Below the pieces are notes generated by a model. It was not told the origin of the DNA and ran no database searches. It saw only the letters and a list, made by a program, of their open reading frames with translations. The translations under genes and the position numbers were made by a program. From an uncultured Verrucomicrobiae bacterium (GTDB taxonomy: Bacteria > Verrucomicrobiota > Verrucomicrobiia > Limisphaerales > UBA11358): a stretch of DNA of 64,000 bases. How positions within the stretch are numbered: the first letter of the stretch is position 1; every line of letters begins with the position of its first letter. Below, one piece after another: positions 56,835 through 64,000 of the stretch. Location of the stretch: positions 8,067 through 72,066 of the forward strand of contig CAWJHF010000016.1 in the NCBI GenBank assembly GCA_963842445.1. Reading direction: 5' to 3'.

Positions 56835-59800
56835 TTATTTTGCCATCACGACCTCGGCGGATTCTTCGGATTGCGGAACGGCGGCTTCCGGCCCGCCGGT
56901 CTTGTGGAATTTCACGCTGACGATCTTGCTCACGCCGTGTTCCTGCATCGTCACACCGTAAAGCACGTCGGCCATGCCGATGGTGCGCTTGTTGTGCGTG
57001 ATGATGATGAACTGCGAGTGCGCGATGAACCGCTGGAGCAGGCGGACAAAGCGGTTGATGTTGGCCTCGTCCAAGGCCGCGTCCAATTCATCCAGCACGC
57101 AGAACGGGCTGGGCTTGACCTGATAAATCGAAAACATCAAGGCTACCGCCACCATCGTTTGTTCACCGCCGGACAGCAGTGAAATACTTTGCAGTTGTTT
57201 GCCTGGCGGACGGGCCATGATTTCAATGCCGCTCTCCAGCACGTCGTTTTCATCCACCAGAATCAAATCCGCCTTGCCGCCGCCGAACACCTCGACAAAC
57301 ATAGCGCGGAAATTTTCGCGGATTTTCTCGAACGTCTCGACGAACATCTGCCGCGTCTGAACGTTAATGCGGTTGATGATTTCCAGCAATTGCGCCTTGG
57401 CCGAAACCAGGTCGTCGTGCTGCTTGGTCAGAAATTGATAACGCTGCTCGGTTTCTTCGTATTCCTCAATCGCCACCAGGTTCACCGGTCCGATTTCATC
57501 GAGCCGCTTTTGCAGAGCCTCGACCTGCTGTGCCACGGCGTTCCAATCAGTGGCCGCTCCCGCCGCCGCCATTTCCTCCGGCGTCATCACATGCACCTTG
57601 GCCGGGCCTTCATCGGCAAACGTGATGGTAATGCACTCGCTGCGCACGTCGTCGAGGCTGACGTGATATTTCTGCTGGATCCGCTCGCGCAAATTTTGAA
57701 CCGACATGTTTTTCTGCGCCAGTTCCACGTCCAGGGCGCCGCGCTGGTTCTGCAATTCGGTCAGCCGGCTGCGCTGGGCGCGCAAATTTCCATCGCGCGA
57801 CGCGATGTCGGTTTCCTGCGCGTGTTTTTGTGAAAGCAATTCCGCCGCTTGCGTGTTCACCTGCTCGCGCCCATGCGATAGCTGCTCAATCTGACTGCGC
57901 GAATCCTGAACCTCGGATTCCGCCTGCCCCTTGCGCGTCACGAACGCCGAACATTCGCCGCGTCGTTGTTCGATGACCTGCGTCAACTCGCGGATGCGCT
58001 GCGCCAAAGCCTGGTGCTGCTGGCGGAACGACACCGAAAGCTGCTCTTCCGCCGCGAACGCGACTTTGCTTTCAGTGAGCGCCATGTTGGCGCTGTCGCG
58101 CTGTTGGCGGAGATTTTCCAACTCAGCCGTGAGCGCGGTGACTTTTTCCTGACCGGCGCGTTCACGCGCCTCAAGCTCGCTCAACTGCGTCGCCAACGCG
58201 TTTCGTTTCTGTGAGCCTTCCTGCTCCTCCGCCGCGAGGTTTTGGATTTCAAAAACCACCGTCTCAATTTTCTGATGCAGCAGCCGGTTGGAATTTTGGA
58301 GCGCATTGAATTCGCCTTCGCGCGTGGCGATGGCGACTTCCTGCTCGCGCAATTCCGTCTGCGCCTGTTGCAAGCTGGCCTGCAACTCGGTCTGCTCGCT
58401 CAACAGCGCGCCGCGTTTGCGGCTCATCTCGGCGACGCGGATCGAGACTTCCGTCAGTTCACCGTGAAGTTCGGATATCTGGTTTTTGCGTCCGAGAATC
58501 GAAGCGGGCGCCTTGGGATTGCCGTTGCCGTTCAAGTAACCGCCGGTGTAAATGCCGTGCCGGCTCAGCAAATCGCCGGTCAACGTGACAAAATCGCAGC
58601 CCGCATGACCGTTTTGAATCTGGGCTGTGGCCGTGGCCAGGTCGGAAGCGATGAAGGTGCGGCCTAACAACGCTTTCAGGAGTTTATCCACGGAAGGTTC
58701 GGCCTGAACCACGGCCAAAGCATGAATGACTTGCCCCTTCTGCAAGCCGTTTTGAATCACCTCGAGTCCGCCGCCCGGCGCCATGTCGCCTTCAAACGCA
58801 AGTTGTTTGTCGTCGTATTCCATCGCCAGGGCCGCGACGCTGGCGCGACCGACTTTGTTGGCGGTGAGGTCGGCGAGAATCTGCTGTGCGGATTCGGGGC
58901 GTTCGGTGAGGACAAGTTGCAGATGGTGGCCGAGTGCGTTTTCGATGGCGACGACATACGAATCCGGCACGCGAATGCGGTCGGCGAGCGAGCCGATGAC
59001 CTTGCGCGACTGGCGCAAGGCGGCCTGGGTGCCCGCACTGAAGCCTTCGTGCGAGCCTTCGAGCTGCTCAAGCACCTTCAGGCGAGTGCGTTTCTCGGCC
59101 TGCGCCTGCAAAAACTGGTCCTGTTCGGCGGATGATGCCTGCAGCTCCATCTGGAGTTCGCACAAGCGGTTCTGCCGTTGCTCCACCGAACCACGCTTGG
59201 TTTGTGCGCTCAGTTTTTCGACCTCGACGCTCGCGGTGAATTCCTGCAACCGCGCTTCCAGCCGCGTGCGCTCCTCTTCAAGCTGGATTTTTTCCGCGGA
59301 CAATTTTTCCAGCCGGACGACGCTGCCCTGTTTTTGCAAGTCGAGCGCGGTGATTTCGTTGCGGATGCGCGTCAAATCCTGTGCGGCGGCAAATGCGGCG
59401 GCCTGCCCTTCGCGCAGCAATTCCTGCCGTTGTTTCAAATCTTCTTCAACTTTTGCCAAAGCCCGTTGCCGCGCCTCCAGCGTCCGGCGATGCTGCGCCA
59501 GCGCGGTTTCGGATGCAGCCAGCTTTTCGGCCACGGCCTTCGATTCTCCCTGCGCGGCGCGGCAGCGTTCCTCGGCCTGCGTGATGTCCGCGAGCGCCTT
59601 GGTGTTTTGCGACGCCAGTTCGTGCAGACGTTCCTCGTTGAACTGAATCCGGCTTTCGTGCCGGTCCATTTCGCCCTTCAATTCCAGTCCGCGCTGTTGC
59701 TGCGCGGCGATTTCGTGCTCCAGTTCCGAAAGTCGCTCGCGGAGCCTGGCGATTTCGTTTTCAAGCCGCAGCACGGTGGCGGAACCCTGTTCGATTTCGT

Positions 59801-60575
59801 TCCGCAATTTTTCGACGGCAGCCTGCTTTTCGGAAATCTCCGCCTGCAACACGTCGAACTGATGCCGTGCAAGCTGCGTGTCGAGGTGTTGCAATTCCGT
59901 TTGAATCTGTTTGTAGCGGCGCGCCTTGCCGGCCTGGCGTTGGAGCGACCCAATCTGCCGCTTCACTTCGCGGATGAGATCGGCCACGCGCAAAAGATTT
60001 TGCTCCGTGTATTCCAGCTTGCGGAGCGATTCCTTTTTCTGGCTCTTGAACTTCGTAATGCCGGCAGCTTCCTCAAAAATCAACCGGCGATCTTCGGGTT
60101 TGCTGGAAAGAATCTGCGTGATGTGGCCCTGTGCCAGAATGCTGTAGCTCGTCCGCCCAACGCCCGTGCCCATGAACAGTTGCTGGATGTCCTTGAGCCG
60201 GCACGGCGTGCGGTTCAGGAAATATTCGCTGTTGCCATCGCGGAAAATCCGGCGCGTGAGCGTGACCTCGTCGTAGGCGACCTCGACGCCCGCCGCGCGC
60301 AAGCTTTCCTCGCCCACGCCGCCGAGCGTGAGCGACACTTCGCCCATGCCCATCTGTTTGCGGCCGTCCGTGCCGTTGAAAATCACGTCGGCCATTTCGC
60401 CGCCGCGCAAAGCCTTGGCCGACTGCTCGCCGAGCACCCAGCGGACGGCATCGGAGACATTGGACTTGCCGCAGCCGTTGGGGCCGACGATGGCGGTGAC
60501 ACCGGGTTGGAAGTTCAACGCGGTCTTGTCCGCGAAGGACTTAAAGCCGAAAAGCGTTAAATTTCTAAGATACAT
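56835..60575 (-). CDS. smc: chromosome segregation protein SMC
   Basis: Walker [10 protein letters not shown], long coiled coils, a hinge, the signature LSGGE, and Walker B-like [11 protein letters not shown]. Confidence 0.95.
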   Translation of the reverse strand: MYLRNLTLFGFKSFADKTALNFQPGVTAIVGPNGCGKSNVSDAVRWVLGEQSAKALRGGEMADVIFNGTDGRKQMGMGEVSLTLGGVGEESLRAAGVEVAYDEVTLTRRIFRDGNSEYFLNRTPCRLKDIQQLFMGTGVGRTSYSILAQGHITQILSSKPEDRRLIFEEAAGITKFKSQKKESLRKLEYTEQNLLRVADLIREVKRQIGSLQRQAGKARRYKQIQTELQHLDTQLARHQFDVLQAEISEKQAAVEKLRNEIEQGSATVLRLENEIARLRERLSELEHEIAAQQQRGLELKGEMDRHESRIQFNEERLHELASQNTKALADITQAEERCRAAQGESKAVAEKLAASETALAQHRRTLEARQRALAKVEEDLKQRQELLREGQAAAFAAAQDLTRIRNEITALDLQKQGSVVRLEKLSAEKIQLEEERTRLEARLQEFTASVEVEKLSAQTKRGSVEQRQNRLCELQMELQASSAEQDQFLQAQAEKRTRLKVLEQLEGSHEGFSAGTQAALRQSRKVIGSLADRIRVPDSYVVAIENALGHHLQLVLTERPESAQQILADLTANKVGRASVAALAMEYDDKQLAFEGDMAPGGGLEVIQNGLQKGQVIHALAVVQAEPSVDKLLKALLGRTFIASDLATATAQIQNGHAGCDFVTLTGDLLSRHGIYTGGYLNGNGNPKAPASILGRKNQISELHGELTEVSIRVAEMSRKRGALLSEQTELQASLQQAQTELREQEVAIATREGEFNALQNSNRLLHQKIETVVFEIQNLAAEEQEGSQKRNALATQLSELEARERAGQEKVTALTAELENLRQQRDSANMALTESKVAFAAEEQLSVSFRQQHQALAQRIRELTQVIEQRRGECSAFVTRKGQAESEVQDSRSQIEQLSHGREQVNTQAAELLSQKHAQETDIASRDGNLRAQRSRLTELQNQRGALDVELAQKNMSVQNLRERIQQKYHVSLDDVRSECITITFADEGPAKVHVMTPEEMAAAGAATDWNAVAQQVEALQKRLDEIGPVNLVAIEEYEETEQRYQFLTKQHDDLVSAKAQLLEIINRINVQTRQMFVETFEKIRENFRAMFVEVFGGGKADLILVDENDVLESGIEIMARPPGKQLQSISLLSGGEQTMVAVALMFSIYQVKPSPFCVLDELDAALDEANINRFVRLLQRFIAHSQFIIITHNKRTIGMADVLYGVTMQEHGVSKIVSVKFHKTGGPEAAVPQSEESAEVVMAK

Positions 60576-60986
60576 GCTCTTGAACGCGCCTAGGCAACCA
60601 AAGTTGCCGGATTAAGTAAAGCAAAAACCACAATATACAGCGTAGCCTTGCTGTTGCAGGCACAACTAATTGGTGAGGAACCATGATTTGCTTTGTGCCG
60701 ACAACTGCTTACTCTAATCTCTCAAACCGTTGGCATTTATACGCCTGCCGGAAGAATCCGTCAACTGGTATTTTTAGCGGTAGAATTTAACCAGCAGCAG
60801 CGGACGCAAATCGGCCACAATTCCGCGAAGGATGAACTGACTCATGTTGGCCGGTACGATAATTGGGTCGCGAAGGGGGTGGAATAATCATTGCAGCTTG
60901 CCTTTTTAATACGACATCAGATCAAAAAACCAATTGACACTTTTACAATCTTGCATCAGTTTATCCGCATCCGTTGATTTGACGGT

Positions 60987-61100
60987 CTCATGCAGAGTGG
61001 CTGAGGGACTGGCCCGATGACGCCACGGCAACCGGCCCCGAATGCGTTCGGGGCGACCAGGTGCCAATTCCAGCCCTGACAGGTGTCGGGGAAAAATGAG
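60987..61100 (+). promoter_or_regulatory. SAM-I (S-box) riboswitch aptamer
   Basis: P1 CTCAT...ATGAG. Conserved cores GAGGGACTGGCCCGATGACGCCACGGCAACC and AGGTGCCAATTCCAGC, then GAAAAATGAG. Confidence 0.9.
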
Positions 61101-61120
61101 AAGCGTGCGCAAATTTTATC

Positions 61121-61153
61121 AGCCCCTTCTCAGCCATGAGTCGGGGCTTTTTT
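61121..61153 (+). terminator. intrinsic terminator (riboswitch expression platform)
   Basis: AGCCCC-ttctcagccatgagtc-GGGGCT followed by TTTTTTG. The loop contains CATGAG, which could pair alternatively with the P1 3' strand. Confidence 0.75.
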
Positions 61154-61173
61154 GTTGCCCCGGAAGCAAAAGA

Positions 61174-61225
61174 GGTAGGGACGCCGCGCTGCAGCGTCCG
61201 GTCGGCGCAGCGCGCCGACCCTACC
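61174..61225. repeat. REP-like structured palindromic element type 1, copy A
   Basis: ggtagggacgccgcgctgcagcgtccggtcggcgcagcgcgccgaccctacc. Outer stem GGTAGGG/CCCTACC and two internal hairpins. Confidence 0.8.
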
Positions 61226-61238
61226 AAACGAAAAATTT

Positions 61239-62495
61239 ATGGAAAAGCACAGTGGTTACATGAAGGCGCTGAAATGCCGGGAATGCGGACGCGAATATCC
61301 GCTCACGGCCAATCACGTCTGCGAGTTCGACTTCGGCCCGCTCGAAGTCGCCTATGACTACGACCGCATCAAAACGTCTTTGACGCGGGCGGCCATCCAA
61401 TCGCGCCCGCAGACGATGTGGCGTTACCGCGAATTGCTGCCGGTGGCGAACGACCCGACCGTCGGGCTGCAAGTCGGTTTCACGCCGCTCGTTAAAGCCG
61501 ACCGCTTGGCGAAAAAACTCGGCATCCGCGAATTGTGGATCAAGAACGACTCGGTGAATTACCCCACGCTGTCATTTAAAGACCGCGTCGTGAGTGTCGC
61601 GTTGAGCCGTTCGCGCGAACTCGGTTTTGAAACCGTCGCTTGCGCCTCGACCGGCAACCTGGCCAATTCCGTCGCCGCCCAGGCCGCGAGCGCCGGATTG
61701 AAAGCTTATGTGTTCATTCCGTCGGATTTGGAGCAGGGCAAAATCGTCAACTCGTTGATTTACGGCGCGCACGTCATCGGCATCAAAGGCCATTACGACG
61801 AGGTGAACCGGCTTTGCGCCGAGATTGCGGGCAAGTTCGGCTGGGCGTTTGTGAACGTGAACATGAGGCCATATTACGCCGAAGGCTCGAAGAGCATGGC
61901 GTATGAAATCGCCGAGCAACACGGCTGGCGCGTGCCGCGGCACACCGTCGTGCCGGTGGCGTCCGGTTCGTTACTGACAAAAATCCAGAAAGGCTATCAG
62001 GAGTTCATCAAGCTGGGCCTCGTGCCGGAGACGGAACATGCCGTGCACGGCGCGCAGGCGACGGGTTGTTCGCCGATTTCCGTAGCGCAAAAAGCGGGCC
62101 TGGATTTCTTCAAACCGGTGAAGCCGGATACGATTGCGAAATCGCTGGCCATCGGCACGCCAGCAGACGGCTTTTATGCGCTCAAGGTAATGCGGGACAC
62201 GAACGGCGCAGCGGAGGACGTGACCGATGATGAGATTCGCGACGCCATGAAACTGCTCGCCGAGACGGAAGGTATTTTTGCCGAAACCGCCGGCGGCGTG
62301 ACCGTGGGCGTGGCCAAGAAACTGATTGATTCAGGCAAAATTCCGCATGATGATTCGGCGGTGCTTTGTGTAACGGGCAACGGACTGAAGACGCTCGACG
62401 CCGTCATCGGCCACGTCGGCAAGCCGCGTGAAATCAAGCCGAGCCTGCGTGAGTTTGAAGCGCTGATCACAAATGAAGAGAAAGTGAATGCGTAA
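61239..62495 (+). CDS. threonine-synthase-like fold-type II PLP enzyme with N-terminal zinc ribbon (under SAM riboswitch control)
   Basis: CRECG...HVCE zinc-ribbon, PLP-lysine motif TLSFKDR, and ASTGNLANSVAA. The start could be 61239 or 61260. Confidence 0.85.
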   Translation: MEKHSGYMKALKCRECGREYPLTANHVCEFDFGPLEVAYDYDRIKTSLTRAAIQSRPQTMWRYRELLPVANDPTVGLQVGFTPLVKADRLAKKLGIRELWIKNDSVNYPTLSFKDRVVSVALSRSRELGFETVACASTGNLANSVAAQAASAGLKAYVFIPSDLEQGKIVNSLIYGAHVIGIKGHYDEVNRLCAEIAGKFGWAFVNVNMRPYYAEGSKSMAYEIAEQHGWRVPRHTVVPVASGSLLTKIQKGYQEFIKLGLVPETEHAVHGAQATGCSPISVAQKAGLDFFKPVKPDTIAKSLAIGTPADGFYALKVMRDTNGAAEDVTDDEIRDAMKLLAETEGIFAETAGGVTVGVAKKLIDSGKIPHDDSAVLCVTGNGLKTLDAVIGHVGKPREIKPSLREFEALITNEEKVNA

Positions 62496-62498
62496 TAT

Positions 62499-62549
62499 GG
62501 TAGGGACGCCGCACCGCGGGTCCGGTCGGCGCAGCGCGCCGACCCTACC
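62499..62549. repeat. REP-like structured palindromic element type 1, copy B
   Basis: ggtagggacgccgcaccgcgggtccggtcggcgcagcgcgccgaccctacc, between the thrC-like and ThiS-like genes. Confidence 0.8.
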
Positions 62550-62568
62550 GCGAAAATGGATTTAATTT

Positions 62569-62844
62569 ATGCCAAAGAAAGTCCGAATCCCAACGCCGCT
62601 CCGCAAGTTGACCAACAACAAGGAACTGGTCGAAGTCAACGCCGCCACCATCGGCGAGGCGATTGTCGAATTGCAGGCGCGCTTCCCCGGCATCCAGGAA
62701 CGCCTCGTGGATGAAAAAGGCGAGGTGCGCCGCTTCGTGAACGTCTATGTGAACGAGGAGGACATCCGCTTCCTCAAGAACAAACAGACGCCTCTCAAAG
62801 ACGGCGACGAAATCAGCATCATCCCCGCTATCGCGGGTGGTTGA
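62569..62844 (+). CDS. ThiS/MoaD-family ubiquitin-like sulfur-carrier protein
   Basis: 91 aa ending ...DGDEISIIPAIAGG*, the beta-grasp family C-terminal GG. Confidence 0.8.
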   Translation: MPKKVRIPTPLRKLTNNKELVEVNAATIGEAIVELQARFPGIQERLVDEKGEVRRFVNVYVNEEDIRFLKNKQTPLKDGDEISIIPAIAGG

Positions 62845-62889
62845 ATCGTTGAACCGTTAAATGGTTGAATCATAAAAAAGAAATTTGTT

Positions 62890-63177
62890 ATGGCCACCAA
62901 AAGGAAAAAGATTCCTGCAACGAAATCCAGTTCACCCACACAACAGCGGCTGTGGCTGATGTTCCCGCCGAAGCTCATCAAGAAGCCAATCGTCTGGGAA
63001 GTCGGGCACAAGTTCAAGGTCGTCACCAACATCCGGCAGGCCAGCGTGACGGATGAAATCGGCATCGTATGCCTCGAACTCGACGGCCCGCGCGATGAAG
63101 TGAAAGCCGCCATCAAATGGCTGGAGAAACACGGCGTCAACGTCGAGCCGGTGGAAATCAGCGTAATCGAAAGCTGA
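62890..63177 (+). CDS. NIL-domain protein
   Basis: LMFPPKLIKKPIVWEVGHKFKVVTNIRQASVTDEIGIVCLELDGPRDEVKAAIKWLEKHGVNVE resembles the NIL domain found at MetN C-termini. Confidence 0.65.
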   Translation: MATKRKKIPATKSSSPTQQRLWLMFPPKLIKKPIVWEVGHKFKVVTNIRQASVTDEIGIVCLELDGPRDEVKAAIKWLEKHGVNVEPVEISVIES

Positions 63178-63271
63178 TTGTTTTTGAGCGCCCTGCTCTT
63201 CCAACGTTAAGTCCGCTGGACCGGGCCGATACCGTTTTGCTATGACCCTGTCTGGCCGCCGATTGGCGGGA

Positions 63272-63970
63272 TTACATCAAAGGCGTTACGACAATATTCG
63301 CCTTGGCCTTGAGTTGGGCCATGTATGCATCCAGTTGTTGTTGGTATTCGGTTCGCGTTGCCGCCGCCAATTGCCCGCGAATCTGGAAATCAATCGTCTG
63401 CCAGGCTTGCTGACGCGCCTGCGGATCAGCGGGCAACTCGCCAAATTCGGGAATGTGGGCCTGGTAATATTCTTCAACTTGATCGGGAGTAACATTGGGT
63501 GCCACACCCATCTGCGCCATAAGAGCCGTTTGCAACATAAATGCCTGCGCATCCCGAAGTTCAAACTCGATCTCCGCAGCATTCACCGTCAGTTGGCTGA
63601 CCATGCCTGGATACGGCTGTTCCCGTTCCGCCCGCAATTTTGTCAGTTGATCTTCCTGGGCCTGGTTCAGGGTGACGCCTTGCGCCTTGGCGGCCTGCAA
63701 GACCAATTCGCGATTGATGGCACGCTGCAGGAAATAATTATATGTTGCGGAATCCATTTTCTGCTCGGCCTCTGAATTGGTTGATTGAAGTGGCATCAGG
63801 TCCCCGAGAGTGATGGGCGTGCCATTGACCGTTGCCAGCACTTGATCCGGGCGTGCCAGAAATACCCTGTTGGTGGATTGAATTTCGCCTCCTTGGGATT
63901 GTTCCACGGCCTTGTTTGGGTGGTTGGCCACGCCCTTCTCTTCACTGGAGAACCGGGAAGGGGCAGTCAC
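63272..63970 (-). CDS. SurA-N/PpiC-type chaperone-like periplasmic protein (start may lie beyond the tracked ORF)
   Basis: VLATVNGTPITLGDL... then helical QAQEDQL..., and PEFGELPADPQARQQA resembles SurA N-terminal-domain proteins. Confidence 0.4.
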   Translation of the reverse strand: MTAPSRFSSEEKGVANHPNKAVEQSQGGEIQSTNRVFLARPDQVLATVNGTPITLGDLMPLQSTNSEAEQKMDSATYNYFLQRAINRELVLQAAKAQGVTLNQAQEDQLTKLRAEREQPYPGMVSQLTVNAAEIEFELRDAQAFMLQTALMAQMGVAPNVTPDQVEEYYQAHIPEFGELPADPQARQQAWQTIDFQIRGQLAAATRTEYQQQLDAYMAQLKAKANIVVTPLM

Positions 63971-64000
63971 CCGGCCGTGAAGCTGCCAATATACTAGCAG

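Noticed and set aside
60693-61112. ORFs 60693-60887(+) and 60906-61112(-) between smc and the thrC-like gene
   Set aside because: The second is antisense to the SAM riboswitch. The first has no motif and sits in the probable promoter and leader region. I also looked for a sigma70-like promoter here (TTGACA at 60934) but found no properly spaced -10 element.
1-64000. CRISPR arrays, rRNA genes, integrase/recombinase genes, intact prophage modules
   Set aside because: I saw no short regularly spaced direct repeats with unique spacers, no rRNA-like conserved stretches, and no tyrosine or serine recombinase motifs in any tracked ORF. The only tandem repeats are coding.

Overview
I read this window by hand and ran no searches. 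It looks like a PVC-type genome, probably Verrucomicrobiota-like, judging from a PEP-CTERM protein, TMTC-like TPR membrane proteins and dense REP-like palindromes. That placement is an inference. The window falls into four blocks. (1) 0.3-22.6 kb is a co-directional minus-strand exopolysaccharide locus. It holds a NusG/UpxY-like antiterminator, a priming sugar transferase, WbpB/WbpD-like enzymes, a Wzz/pseudo-kinase, DUF354, wecB, four GT2s, two asnB paralogs flanking a PEP-CTERM protein, a Wzy-like protein and a beta-helix protein. A NarL-type response regulator sits upstream. (2) 23.1-33.5 kb holds two giant repeat surface proteins, one with near-identical 528-bp tandem repeats, a convergent GT-C/TPR (TMTC-like) membrane protein, and an IS1/dinB wreck. 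(3) 29.2-51.1 kb is a decayed mosaic island next to tRNA-Leu(UAA), bounded by a 52-nt direct repeat. Its core is one tightly packed minus-strand array: hsdR, TIR-like fragment, cupin, Fic, frameshifted zeta-like ATPase, small ORF, hsdM, hsdS, then cargo genes. The cargo units are separated by repeated, well-conserved copies of the hsdR 3' tail (4 copies) and the hsdS 3' tail (4-5 copies), some kept as translationally coupled mini-ORFs. hsdM also carries an in-frame insertion of a 52-nt structured palindromic element. (4) 51.1-64 kb is core-like: SDR, GH63-like hydrolase, DUF4139, smc, and a SAM-I riboswitch with terminator controlling a threonine-synthase-like gene, a ThiS/MoaD-like GG-terminated carrier and a NIL-domain protein. 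My best candidate for an undescribed system is the tail-delimited cassette architecture in the type I R-M locus. The riboswitch-controlled ThrC-like/sulfur-carrier operon comes second. I saw no CRISPR array and no rRNA.
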